Below, piece by piece: positions 28,064 through 37,732 of a stretch of 64,000 nucleotides of DNA. The stretch's first letter is position 1, and the number at the start of each line of letters is the position of its first letter. This DNA is from Myxococcota bacterium. GTDB taxonomy: Bacteria > Myxococcota > UBA4151. The notes beneath the pieces were generated by a model, which saw only the letters and a list, made by a program, of their open reading frames with translations, was not told the DNA's origin and did no database searches. The translations under genes and the position numbers were made by a program. The DNA is taken from contig JAYZBQ010000048.1 of assembly GCA_036338695.1 (NCBI GenBank), positions 320,001 to 384,000 on the forward strand, written 5' to 3'.

Positions 28064-28611
28064 AATGGACTTGGGGACTGGTGGCGCTCACGCTCGCTTG
28101 TCAACCGCGCCCGCTCGACGTGATCGAGGAGCGAGCCGAGTTTCCCCGCAGCGCGCTCCGGAACGACCGGCTGTTGGTCGATAAGCTCCCGGACGACGCC
28201 GAGCGTTTCTCGGTGACCTTTGAAGATCAAATCGAGCTCATTGGGGGCAAGGTCAGCCCACCCAACCCCAAGCCCGGACAAGAGATCGCCATCACGGCCT
28301 ACTATAAAGTCCTCAAGCCCTTACCGGAGAGCTGGAAGCTGTTCGTACATCTCGACGGCGTGGGGATCGCCAACCGCATGCACGGCGACCATTGCCCCTG
28401 CGACGGTCGTTACCCGACGAGCTACTGGCAACCCCAAGAGATCGTAGCGGACACCACCTACATCTCCACCCACGGTCACCCACGCGCCGATTACATCGTC
28501 TGGACGGGCTTCTACATCGATAAGCGGCGCATGAGGATCAGCAAGTCTGATCAGGGGCGACGGGATAAAGACAACCGTGGCCGCATCGCCCGGCTGACGC
28601 TCGGTCAGTAA
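28060..28611 (+). CDS. Lipoprotein with Ig-like domain (FVHL...DH.P....YPT..W type)
   Basis: Lipobox TLAC; motifs FEDQIELIG, WKLFVHL, GRYPTSYWQPQEIV. Confidence 0.7.
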   Translation: MKWTWGLVALTLACQPRPLDVIEERAEFPRSALRNDRLLVDKLPDDAERFSVTFEDQIELIGGKVSPPNPKPGQEIAITAYYKVLKPLPESWKLFVHLDGVGIANRMHGDHCPCDGRYPTSYWQPQEIVADTTYISTHGHPRADYIVWTGFYIDKRRMRISKSDQGRRDKDNRGRIARLTLGQ

Positions 28612-31152
28612 GTGCTCTGCGTCTGGTTAGCCGGGCTGCTGCTGGCAGCCTTGAGCCCCTCACAGATGCAGGAGATCACGACGCTGCTGCAGCGCGGTGA
28701 GTTAACCCAAGCGCTGACGCTGCTCGAGCCCCTCTCCAAGCGCCACCCGGCCGATCCCATCATCGCCGGCTTACTCGGGCGCGCTCGACTCCACGCAGGA
28801 GACGCCAAAGGCGCCATCCAGCCGCTGCAGACCTCGCTAGAGCAGCTCAAGCAAGACGGCGAAGGTTTCAGCAACCTCGGCGTTGCGCTGATGCAGCTCG
28901 AGCGCACAGCCGAGGCGGCGCAAGCCTTTGCGCAGGCGGTCGTGCTGATGCCGCGTCAGGCGCAGGCTTGGCGCAACCTCGCGGGCGCCTACACGCGCCT
29001 GGGGCGCACGGACGACGCCCTCAAGGCCTGGCGGCGGTACATCAGCTTTAAACCGCAAGACGCCGAAGCGCGCTGTGTTTATGGTGGGCTGCTCTTAGCT
29101 GCCGAACGGTTTCGCGACGCCGCCATCCACCTAAAATTCGGCGCTAAAGTCACCCAAGATACCGTCTGTTTGCATGACTACGCTGACACCTTAGGCCGGC
29201 TCAGACAGCCGGCTGAGGCGCTCAAGATTCTTGAGCGGCTGATCCGCATCGACCGGCGCAACGCGCACGCTCACTATCTGCGCGCTTACATCCTGATCGA
29301 TGCACCCAAACAGCGCCCGCAAGCAGCGCTCGACGCCATCGAAGAGAGCCTAAAAATCGACCCAAAGCGTGCCGCGAGCCATCACCTCAAGGGCTATATT
29401 CTTGAACGAGATGCTCAGCATGAAGCGGCGTTGCAAGCGTACGCGCGCGCTGTTGATCTCGACCCCAAAAATCCGCGCTTTGAGCAAGCCTGGGCCATCG
29501 CTCGCGTCCACGTGGGAGAGGGGAAAAAGGCGCGTAAAGTGCTGTTAAAAATTCTCCGCCGAGAACCTGAAAACGTCGACGTACGGCGCGCTCTTGCGCA
29601 CGTCTTCATGGACGCGAAGGACTGGAAAGAAGCGGAGCTCCTTCTGCTCACAGCGCCCCAAAAGAACACGATGATCGAGATCGATCTCGCCGCCGCACGC
29701 CTCTCCGCCGGAAAGATCGATGAAGCGCTCAAAGCGCTCAAAGCCCTCTCCAAGCGTGAACCGAACAACCGCCTCGTCGTCTACAACCTATCGCTTGCGC
29801 TCAGGCGCTCCGGCGCTATGCAGCAGGCTTACCTTCGCGCACGCTCGGCGCGTATGCTGCCGGGTAGCGGTGAAGATGAGCTCCTCCTTGAGGTCCGGCT
29901 CTTGCTCGAGCTCGGTCGCGCCCAAGAGGCGCTGACGCTGCTCAACGCCACCGCGCTCGCCCCGAGCTATGACCTGCAGTTTGTGCGGACGCGCTGCCTG
30001 CGGCTGATGGCGCGCCTACCCGAGGCGCTCAAGGCGAGCGAGCGGACCGAAGCGAGCGCGCAAAGCGAAGATCAGCGGCTCGCCGTTCGCCGCCTCCGAG
30101 GTAAAATTCTGACGGACCTCGGGCGCAGCGCTGAAGCGATCGGACTGTTCCGCGAACGCGGCGCAAGCCCAGCCGAGCTTGGCATCGCGCTGAGCCGCGC
30201 CGGGCGCGCCAAAGAGGCGCTCAAGGTGCTCGGTGGGGCTCGAAAGCGCGGTGATGCGAACGTCGAGGTCGAACTCGCCTACGCCGCCTCACTCGGACAG
30301 CTCGGGCGCCATGACGCAGCGCTCAAAACCCTCACGGCGGCTCGTAAACGCTTCCCTCGCCATGGTGGCTTGACCAACGACACCGCCATGGCTTGGCTCG
30401 CCAAAGGGCAAAAGCGTCGCGCCATTAGGCTCCTCGAGCAGGGGCTCAAAGAGAACCCAGGGCATTCGACGCTTGCGCGTAATTTCGCGCAGCACCTCGT
30501 CGACACCAAGCGCTACAACGACGCCATTCAATTGCTGCGAAAAACCATCCGCCTTCGACCCCATGAGGGGGTGCTCCAGACCACGCTCGGTGAGGTCTTA
30601 ATGACGCTCAAACGCAACGAAGAGGCTCGAGCCGCCTTCAATCAAGCGCTCGAGGCGGGCACACCAGACGTCCTCGCCCAGGCGCGTCTCGGCGACCTCG
30701 AGCGGCGCGCCGGACGCCTTGAGGCAGCGATCAAACGCTACCAAAAAGCGCTCAAGGCGAAGGCGAATATGATCGAGGCTCACAACGGTCTTGGGATGGC
30801 GCTGCACGGTCTCGAGCGCTTTGATCAAGCCGTTCATCAGTACCGTAAGGGGCTCGCCTACAAGCCCAGGGACCCCGAGCTCCACAACAACCTCGGCTCA
30901 AGCTTTTACCTCAAAGGCGAGTTTGCGAGCGCGCTGACCGCCTTTGAGCGCGCCAGCCAAGCAAACCCTCAAGAGCCTCGGTTCTGGCGTAATCAGCTGA
31001 TGATTCTCAAGGAACAAGGGCGGCTCGAAGACGCTGAGGCGAGGCTTGCGCAAGCGCTGCGTGTCCTGCCGAACAACGCCTCGCTCAAGAACGAAGCGCT
31101 CAGCCTTGAGCGCGCAAAAGCCGCCCGCGAGCGCATCCGAGCTACGCCTTAG
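28612..31152 (+). CDS. Secreted tetratricopeptide-repeat protein
   Basis: Signal peptide; many TPRs (NLGVAL, AHNGLG, HNNLGSS). Confidence 0.9.
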   Translation: MLCVWLAGLLLAALSPSQMQEITTLLQRGELTQALTLLEPLSKRHPADPIIAGLLGRARLHAGDAKGAIQPLQTSLEQLKQDGEGFSNLGVALMQLERTAEAAQAFAQAVVLMPRQAQAWRNLAGAYTRLGRTDDALKAWRRYISFKPQDAEARCVYGGLLLAAERFRDAAIHLKFGAKVTQDTVCLHDYADTLGRLRQPAEALKILERLIRIDRRNAHAHYLRAYILIDAPKQRPQAALDAIEESLKIDPKRAASHHLKGYILERDAQHEAALQAYARAVDLDPKNPRFEQAWAIARVHVGEGKKARKVLLKILRREPENVDVRRALAHVFMDAKDWKEAELLLLTAPQKNTMIEIDLAAARLSAGKIDEALKALKALSKREPNNRLVVYNLSLALRRSGAMQQAYLRARSARMLPGSGEDELLLEVRLLLELGRAQEALTLLNATALAPSYDLQFVRTRCLRLMARLPEALKASERTEASAQSEDQRLAVRRLRGKILTDLGRSAEAIGLFRERGASPAELGIALSRAGRAKEALKVLGGARKRGDANVEVELAYAASLGQLGRHDAALKTLTAARKRFPRHGGLTNDTAMAWLAKGQKRRAIRLLEQGLKENPGHSTLARNFAQHLVDTKRYNDAIQLLRKTIRLRPHEGVLQTTLGEVLMTLKRNEEARAAFNQALEAGTPDVLAQARLGDLERRAGRLEAAIKRYQKALKAKANMIEAHNGLGMALHGLERFDQAVHQYRKGLAYKPRDPELHNNLGSSFYLKGEFASALTAFERASQANPQEPRFWRNQLMILKEQGRLEDAEARLAQALRVLPNNASLKNEALSLERAKAARERIRATP

Positions 31153-31846
31153 CGCGCCGTACCGCATCCAGGCAGAGCGCGGCGCTGACGCTGACGTTCA
31201 GGCTCTCAAAGTCGCGCTGCATCGGGAGGCGAAAGGTGCCATCACAGCGCTTTAAGACGCCAGGCCGGATCCCTTTCGCTTCGCTGCCCAAAACGATCAC
31301 GACCGGCTCCGTCAGATCGAAGCCATCGAGCGCGCCGCGCCCGCGCACGTCCGCAGCGAATACCCAGCGCCCCGCCTTTTTAAGCTCGTCCAGCGCCCGC
31401 GCCAGATTGGTGACTTGGGCGATCGGGAGCAGCGAGGCAGCGCCCGCCGCCGCACGCTCTGCGCCGGGCGTAATGGACGCAGCCCCATGCTTTGGGATCA
31501 CCACGCCAGCGCCCCCAAGCGCATAGGTCGAGCGCACGATCGCCCCTAAGTTGCCCGGATCTTCCACGCCATCGAGCGCCACGATCGGGCCGGGGTCAGC
31601 GAGCAGCTGATCGATCGAGGCGTACGCAAACGGTCTGACCTCCAAGGCGACCCCTTGGTGTCGAACGCCGGCGGCGCGCTGATCCAGCTCTTGGCGAGTC
31701 GTCTCGCGCACCTTCATCTTAAGCTTCTTGGCATGCGCGATCAGCCGCTCGATGCGGCGATTATCGGCCTGCACCCACAAAACACTGCCGCGCCCGCTCG
31801 CGAGCCCTTCGCGGACCGCATGAACTCCAAAAACCAAATCGCTCAT
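31142..31846 (-). CDS. rlmB: 23S rRNA (guanosine-2'-O)-methyltransferase RlmB (TrmH family)
   Basis: GVHAVRE, HQGV, LDGVEDPGNLGAIVRS, GSEAKG, SLNVSV. Confidence 0.93.
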   Translation of the reverse strand: MSDLVFGVHAVREGLASGRGSVLWVQADNRRIERLIAHAKKLKMKVRETTRQELDQRAAGVRHQGVALEVRPFAYASIDQLLADPGPIVALDGVEDPGNLGAIVRSTYALGGAGVVIPKHGAASITPGAERAAAGAASLLPIAQVTNLARALDELKKAGRWVFAADVRGRGALDGFDLTEPVVIVLGSEAKGIRPGVLKRCDGTFRLPMQRDFESLNVSVSAALCLDAVRRAKA

Positions 31847-32526
31847 GCCATGCTCTCAAGAAGCCGGCGCGCCGCAAGCCCGGGGTCGGCGGCTTGGCGG
31901 ATCGGTCGCCCGACCACCAACAGATCGGCGCCGTCTCGCAGCGCTTGCGCCGGCGTGGCGACGCGCTTTTGATCACCGACTTCGCCGCCGGCGGGGCGAA
32001 TTCCCGGGCAGACTAAAAAGCTGTCCGAACCCAGAGCCTTTTTGAGCGAACGCGCCTCAAGCGCAGAGCACACGAGACCGTGGATCCCTGCGCTCGCTGC
32101 GGTCTGAGCGAGACGATGGACCTGATCGAGCGGTGGGCTGTCCACGCCGACCGAGCTCAGCTCATCCGCATCCATGCTGGTCAGCACCGTCACCGCCAGC
32201 AAACGCGTCGCTCCGGCGACAGCCTGAGCCGCCTCAAGCATCGCGCGCCCGCCGCCTGCGTGGACCGTCAAGTAGTCGGCCTCGAGCTCGCTCAAGGCGC
32301 CGATGGCGCTTGCGACCGTGTTGGGGATATCGTGGAGTTTGAGGTCCAAGAAGACCGCGCAGCCCCTCGCCTTTATCTGCCGGACGAGGTCCGAGCCTTC
32401 TGCGTAAAACAGCTGCATACCGATCTTATAGACACCCACCGAGTCGGAGGTTGCTTCAACCAGTGTGAGCGCCTCATGAGCGGTCGAGACGTCCAACGCC
32501 AGTGCAAGCCGTGACCGTGGATTCAT
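31843..32526 (-). CDS. pyrF: Orotidine-5'-phosphate decarboxylase
   Basis: ALD, KIG, FLDLKLHDIPNTV, VTVLTS, PGIRP, DQKR, VVGRPI. Confidence 0.97.
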   Translation of the reverse strand: MNPRSRLALALDVSTAHEALTLVEATSDSVGVYKIGMQLFYAEGSDLVRQIKARGCAVFLDLKLHDIPNTVASAIGALSELEADYLTVHAGGGRAMLEAAQAVAGATRLLAVTVLTSMDADELSSVGVDSPPLDQVHRLAQTAASAGIHGLVCSALEARSLKKALGSDSFLVCPGIRPAGGEVGDQKRVATPAQALRDGADLLVVGRPIRQAADPGLAARRLLESMA

Positions 32527-33434
32527 CGGTAATGCTCTCCCAAGCCCACCCAATCGACGTATCCCAACAAAAATCCAAGCCTTAATCCGACAAAGGGTAG
32601 GGGCACCTCACCAAAGACCGCCTCCATCAGATCGGGGAGGCTCGGCGGCGTCTCGAACTGCGCCCAGGCGCGTGTCACGCGCTGCGCCGTGCGTCGATAA
32701 GCGGCGTGTGCGCGCCGGGCTGTGACGCTGACGTCTGCTAGCTCAGGACCATGAGACGGTAACCCGCGACCGCCGAGATCAGCGAGGCGCTCTAACGAAT
32801 CGAGCAAGGTTGGCAGCGTGGCGACCCTGAGCCCATCATCGTCGAATCGAACCTGCGGCGGGGTCAGGTTGGTCTCGAACACATTGTCCCCCGTCACCAC
32901 CGTCGAGAGCTCAGGGAGCTCAAAAACGAGGTGATGATGATGATGACCCGGGTGGTGATGGACGCGCACCACCACCTCACCAAACTCGAGCTCATCGCCG
33001 TCAACGAGACCGCGCTCGAGCTCAGCCGTGCAGCCGCTCTGTGCGATCACCTCATACCCACTCAAGACCTGCTCGAGCAGATCGCCCGTCAAGCCCGCGC
33101 GGTGCGCAAAGCGCTCGAGCCGATCTCGATGCGTCAGCACCGTCCGCTCTTGATCCTCGTAGTAAGGTCGAGCGCACTCAGCGGCGTAGACCAACAGGTT
33201 CGGATAGCGCTCCCTCAGCGCCGGGAGGCCTCCGTAGTGGTCTTGATGAGCGTGGGTCAGCAGCAGAACATCCGGCGGACGAGCGGACAAGGCGCTCAAA
33301 AGCGCCTGACGGCTCGGCGCCGCCGTGTGTCCGCTGTCGATCAAGAGACGCACGCTCGGACTGTCGATCACAGTCGGATAGACCGTCCCCCCCCAAGGAA
33401 GAGGCAGCGGGATGCGCTCGACCCGAAGGCTCAT
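32523..33434 (-). CDS. Metallo-beta-lactamase-fold hydrolase
   Basis: LIDSG, LTHAHQDHYGG, PGH, TGD, PSHG. Confidence 0.9.
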   Translation of the reverse strand: MSLRVERIPLPLPWGGTVYPTVIDSPSVRLLIDSGHTAAPSRQALLSALSARPPDVLLLTHAHQDHYGGLPALRERYPNLLVYAAECARPYYEDQERTVLTHRDRLERFAHRAGLTGDLLEQVLSGYEVIAQSGCTAELERGLVDGDELEFGEVVVRVHHHPGHHHHHLVFELPELSTVVTGDNVFETNLTPPQVRFDDDGLRVATLPTLLDSLERLADLGGRGLPSHGPELADVSVTARRAHAAYRRTAQRVTRAWAQFETPPSLPDLMEAVFGEVPLPFVGLRLGFLLGYVDWVGLGEHYR

Positions 33435-33757
33435 GCCCCCTTGTGCCCGTCGATACAGCGAGCAATCGCCACCTGGTTCTCAAAGCTCAGACCATCGAAC
33501 AAGGCGCTCGCGTGCACCACCCCGTCCATGATGAAGTAGCGCTTGATCCGCACCTGAACGCGACGCTCTTGCAGCTCATCGGGGAGCTGCACGGCGAGGT
33601 TGACGAGCGGCATGAACCAAAAGGGTGAGCAGTTCTCGAGACGGACGCCGTTGATCGATAGATCGCCCGAGTGATCGAGCCACTGGCCGTTCGGGCTGGC
33701 GACGCGAAACCTCATCGGCACGCGCGTGCTCTCGCGACGCTCACTCTTCTCACTCAT
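33431..33757 (-). CDS. PilZ domain protein
   Basis: RRESTR (RxxxR) and DLSING (DxSxxG) c-di-GMP motifs; start at ATG 33757. Confidence 0.85.
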   Translation of the reverse strand: MSEKSERRESTRVPMRFRVASPNGQWLDHSGDLSINGVRLENCSPFWFMPLVNLAVQLPDELQERRVQVRIKRYFIMDGVVHASALFDGLSFENQVAIARCIDGHKGA

Positions 33758-34029
33758 CAGCTCGTTCCGATCGCTTGATCTGCGCGCTCGGTTGGGTCGA
33801 GCACCGATTTCCGCAGGTGGAGACGCCAGCAGCCCTCTGCGCGCTCCACCACCTCGAGACACTCCTGACCAAGGATCATCAAGCTGCGTGGGATGCTCCT
33901 CGTCGCAGGCTGATAATCGACATCGACCGCTAGCTCGGCTCCGAGCGGCGCGCGCTCGAGCCACAGGCGCACATGCACAAAGGTCATCGGGCAGACCTCG
34001 CCGCGTAGATCCAAGTAGTCAACGCTCAT
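33757..34029 (-). CDS. TusA/SirA family sulfur-carrier protein
   Basis: LDLRGEVCPMTF (CPxx motif), L.V..D.....SIP. Confidence 0.88.
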   Translation of the reverse strand: MSVDYLDLRGEVCPMTFVHVRLWLERAPLGAELAVDVDYQPATRSIPRSLMILGQECLEVVERAEGCWRLHLRKSVLDPTERADQAIGTS

Positions 34030-34210
34030 GCTTGATCCAACGCTTCCCCGCCGTGCGGACTTCACCGTTTCGTCTCACCGACAGCAGTATCGGTCGACTT
34101 ACCGAAGGGCCGCAACCCCTTATCACCTGTTCCGATACACGATTCGGACACAGAAACTTGACTAGCGATGCCCGCTCTACGCAGCATACCGGTCCGGAGA
34201 GGTACACACT

Positions 34211-35998
34211 ATGCCGAATAAGATCTCGAACCTTGCGAACACCATGGCAACCGCAGGCGCCTTTAACCGCGCCGACGTCGCCAAGCTCATCGACGCCGCC
34301 AAAGACGGAAGTGGTGTCACAGCGAACGAAAAAGCGGAGCTCAACAGCGTCTTGACCAAGCACGCTGACCTGTTTGAAGCCGGCGCCAAGCTTGATCTGC
34401 AGCGCTTTCTCGACCCGCACTTTGATGCGGGGCTCAAGGCGATGCCAAACGCCGACTTTGACCAAGACGGTCTGAGCAACGCGCACGAGTTCCGCATCGG
34501 CTCGGATCCTCGCCTGAAAGACACCGACGCGGACGGTCTACACGACGGCGTCGAGGTCAACAAATACAAGCTCGACCCGACCGCAACGCAAGACAGCGTC
34601 AAAGCGGAGCGCGCCCCGTGGACCACAACCTACTGGCCGATGGCCGGATACGGAAACGAGGACGGGAACCCCCGGACCCACCTCTGGTCGACGGGTGGAG
34701 CGCTCGACAAGCTCGACAAGCTCAAAACTTCACGCGGCGACGAGAGCGGCGCAAAGGCGCTCGAGTTTGAGCGCAAGCCTGCGCTCAACTGGATCGTCGG
34801 TGACCAAGACAAAGGACACTACATCCCTCACTCCTCACTCAAAGAAAACAACGCCGAGATGACGACGGGCGTCGACTTTGACGGCGACGGCAAGCTCACC
34901 AAAGGTGTCAAAGCCGACTTCATTAACGCACGGGGCGACTTCGCCGCCGTGGTGGACCGAGGCAGCTTCGTGCCCAAATTGGGCGATGAGACCCTGACTC
35001 GAAAGGTCGTCGACGGCGACAATGGCGAGAAGAACGTTCAGTACTTCAAGGCAGACGGCACGCAGCTGACCGCCGACGAAGCCAAAGAGGTCGTCCTGAC
35101 CAACCCGAATTCCGACGGCAAAGCAGACGGCAATATGGGCGTCGGCTGGTGGGGTAGCTGCGATAAAGTGGCGCTCGCCGGGATCCTCTTTGAGGACCCC
35201 AAACGCGACGTGACGGTCGACGGCGTCACCTTCACCAAGCAAGACATCCGTGGGCTGCTGACGGTCGTGGCGGATTCGCAGGCGAAGGGCACGGACTTCG
35301 TCGGGCACCGCTACGATGAGCGCGCCGACATCGTCGTCACCAACGACGGCACCCAGCTCTCGGGTAAAATCCAAGAGATGACGGGCGAAGACTTCCGCGC
35401 CACCAAGGACATGTGGCGATGGAACGGTGACTACATGGTCACCAACGGGTTTGATAAGGACGTCACGATCAAGCTGAGCGACGGCACCGAAAAGACCATC
35501 CCCGCTGCCGAGATCAAGCACCTGGCTCGTGAAGACAAAGCGGATATGGACCCCGGCGTCTTCCACGTCACCATGAAGCAGTGGCTCGCCGAAGGGCGTG
35601 GCGCAGCGATGGACAAAGACGCTGGCTCGCACGTGTGGAACTACAATTTCTCCAAGTTTGAAACCACCGAGCGCAAGGTCGAGAACTTCAACCGCGAAGA
35701 AGCAACGGGTTACCACGGCAAAGCAGGTGACGGTGAGATCCGTCACTACAACGCCTCGGTAACCTTCGACAGCGGCCCGACCAACTACTCGTACTGGCTC
35801 GAGTACAAAGACGGCGACATCGTCAACGGCGGCTGGAAAGGGGACAACCCCGACTTCATGTGGCGCCCTTCAGCGTCCGGGAACTGGAACGAGCACAACG
35901 AGCGAAATCCCTTCGTGAACCCCGAGCTCGTCAAAGAGATCTACGACGCCAGCATCGCCCCAGAAGAAGAGGCGACGCCGGTCGAGAACAACGACTAG
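34211..35998 (+). CDS. Transglutaminase-elicitor (GP42-like) family protein with N-terminal helical domain and DxDxDG Ca-binding repeats
   Basis: GGAGAGG RBS; PWTTTYWP, WWGSC, VTFTKQDIRGLL, DMDPGVFHV, VWN, YSYWLE...GGW...PDFMW follow the GP42 motif order; DFDQDGLSN.HE...DTDADGL.DG.E repeats. Confidence 0.8.
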   Translation: MPNKISNLANTMATAGAFNRADVAKLIDAAKDGSGVTANEKAELNSVLTKHADLFEAGAKLDLQRFLDPHFDAGLKAMPNADFDQDGLSNAHEFRIGSDPRLKDTDADGLHDGVEVNKYKLDPTATQDSVKAERAPWTTTYWPMAGYGNEDGNPRTHLWSTGGALDKLDKLKTSRGDESGAKALEFERKPALNWIVGDQDKGHYIPHSSLKENNAEMTTGVDFDGDGKLTKGVKADFINARGDFAAVVDRGSFVPKLGDETLTRKVVDGDNGEKNVQYFKADGTQLTADEAKEVVLTNPNSDGKADGNMGVGWWGSCDKVALAGILFEDPKRDVTVDGVTFTKQDIRGLLTVVADSQAKGTDFVGHRYDERADIVVTNDGTQLSGKIQEMTGEDFRATKDMWRWNGDYMVTNGFDKDVTIKLSDGTEKTIPAAEIKHLAREDKADMDPGVFHVTMKQWLAEGRGAAMDKDAGSHVWNYNFSKFETTERKVENFNREEATGYHGKAGDGEIRHYNASVTFDSGPTNYSYWLEYKDGDIVNGGWKGDNPDFMWRPSASGNWNEHNERNPFVNPELVKEIYDASIAPEEEATPVENND

Positions 35999-36020
35999 CG
36001 CTCAGCCAATCGCCGAGCGG

Positions 36021-36056
36021 ATCACCGAGCCTCAGCGCTCGGTGATTTCTTTTTTT
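36021..36056 (+). terminator. Intrinsic terminator
   Basis: ATCACCGAGC-ctcagc-GCTCGGTGAT 10-bp stem followed by TTCTTTTTTT. Confidence 0.85.
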
Positions 36057-37143
36057 ACAGGCGGTTAATCGCGCCCTGCTCGACGCGATAACGGGTCATG
36101 GATCGAGAACCTTTGAGCCATGGGCTCGGGTCTCGCGTCGCGGTGATAAAAACCTGACCGGCTCGAGTCAAGAGACGCGCAAACAAAGCCTCTGTGCGCC
36201 GATCGTCGAGCTCTCCAGCGATATCATCAAGCAACAAGATCGGCGGAGAGCGTCGCTGGGCGATCAATTCAACCTGCGCCAAACGACACGCGAGCACGGC
36301 GGAACGCTGCTGCCCTTGGCTTGCGCGCCCGCGCAGGTCACGCCCGTCCAACTTCAAAGCCCAGTCCTCTGCATGGGGTCCGCTCTGCGTATAGCCTTGG
36401 CGCCGATCTCGGTCGAGCTGTTGACGCCAATGATGCAAGAGCGCAGCGCTCAGGTCCTCGCCTGTCACGCTGGGTCGATACTCGGCGCTGAGCCGCTCCT
36501 TGCCCGCACAAATCGCCTCGTAAGCTGGTTGCAAGTCGGCTGCCAAGGTCTCGGCGGCGCGCTGGCGATTGATCATCACTTGCGCCCCATAGCGAGCCGC
36601 CTCATCACTCCACAGATCGAGCAGCTCACCGCCGCGCGCACGCGGCCGTAGCAAGGCGTTGCGCGCAGCGAGCGCCTGGGCGTAGCGACTGGTCACCTCC
36701 CGATGATCAGCGAGCAGGTGCTCAGCTACCTGATCGAGCAACCGCCGGCGCCCGCGCGGACCGCCCTGGACTAGGCTCAGATCCCCCGGGCGGAAGAAGA
36801 CGATCGGATGCGAAGCAGCGAAGCTCGCTAACTGGCGTGGGGTCTGTCCGTCGACCTTGATCCGGCGCTCGCTTCGATCAAAGCCGATGCGTACGTCGCA
36901 CGCGCCCACCTCGTCTGCTACTTCGGCAGCTAAAAACCCGGTCTCACCACCCTGCGGGATGAGCTCACGCCATCGCAGACCCGCCGGAGGGCGCAGCTGC
37001 GTCGTGATGTAGACGGTCTCAAGAAGGCTCGTCTTGCCGACACCGTTTGCGCCGATGAGCAGATTCACCTCAGGCTCGGGAGCCCAGTGAGCGTGCGCCC
37101 ATGAGCGAAAGCCCTTGAGCTCAAGCCGGGTCAGTCGGCTCAT
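36055..37143 (-). CDS. recF: DNA replication and repair protein RecF
   Basis: FRS, GANGVGKTSLLE, GGP.GRR.LLD, RNALL, GPH, SQGQQR, LLLDDIAGELD. Confidence 0.95.
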   Translation of the reverse strand: MSRLTRLELKGFRSWAHAHWAPEPEVNLLIGANGVGKTSLLETVYITTQLRPPAGLRWRELIPQGGETGFLAAEVADEVGACDVRIGFDRSERRIKVDGQTPRQLASFAASHPIVFFRPGDLSLVQGGPRGRRRLLDQVAEHLLADHREVTSRYAQALAARNALLRPRARGGELLDLWSDEAARYGAQVMINRQRAAETLAADLQPAYEAICAGKERLSAEYRPSVTGEDLSAALLHHWRQQLDRDRRQGYTQSGPHAEDWALKLDGRDLRGRASQGQQRSAVLACRLAQVELIAQRRSPPILLLDDIAGELDDRRTEALFARLLTRAGQVFITATRDPSPWLKGSRSMTRYRVEQGAINRL

Positions 37144-37583
37144 TCGCTTGCGAAAAAGTCTTCGAGCGCCGCGAGGGTCTCGCCCCCAGCGATCAGGTCC
37201 GCGGCCGGTGGTCGGTTGGGATCACTTTGGATCTCATCGAGACGTTGCCGGGCAACCTTAGCGACGGTCTCGTCGCCGATCTCAACCAGCGCGATGAGGG
37301 CGATCACAGCTGGGTCATCAGCGGGCTGTCGTCGCGCCACACGCTGATAGGTGAACACGGCGGTTCGGCGCTTCCCGAGGGCTCGATAAGCGTGCCCGAG
37401 CAGCAAGCGAGCGTTGACCCCGAGCGCGCCTGTCGCCTCTTCGGCGACCTCCTTGAGTAACTCCGCGGCTGAGGCGGCGTTTTTGTCATCCAAGAGACGA
37501 TGCAGCGCCTCCTTGAGCGCGAGCTCACTGCGCGCCGCTCCATGGGCAGACTTGAGCGCAGCTTGAATCGCTTCTCGGTCCAT
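37140..37583 (-). CDS. Hypothetical helical (TPR-like) protein, coupled to recF
   Basis: ATGA overlap with recF; ARLLLGHAY resembles a TPR helix. Confidence 0.65.
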   Translation of the reverse strand: MDREAIQAALKSAHGAARSELALKEALHRLLDDKNAASAAELLKEVAEEATGALGVNARLLLGHAYRALGKRRTAVFTYQRVARRQPADDPAVIALIALVEIGDETVAKVARQRLDEIQSDPNRPPAADLIAGGETLAALEDFFASE

Positions 37584-37732
37584 CACCCACCCCAGCACCG
37601 TCAACACCCACGGTATGACGTGAATAGCCGCCCGTGACAACTGCTTCGATGCAGACTTGAAGAGCTTGACACATCCGCGTACCGCAGAGCTTAGGTGGAG
37701 CGTCTAGATGACAATCGAAAGCAGCGACCGCG

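Noticed and set aside
29507..29515. TCCACGTGG parS-like core
   Set aside because: Flanks do not match GTT...AAC; lies in a coding region; no convincing parS seen in the window
34030..34210. Possible c-di-GMP riboswitch near the PilZ operon; inverted repeat TCCGA...TCGGA
   Set aside because: No recognisable riboswitch consensus on either strand; the repeat is too short to call
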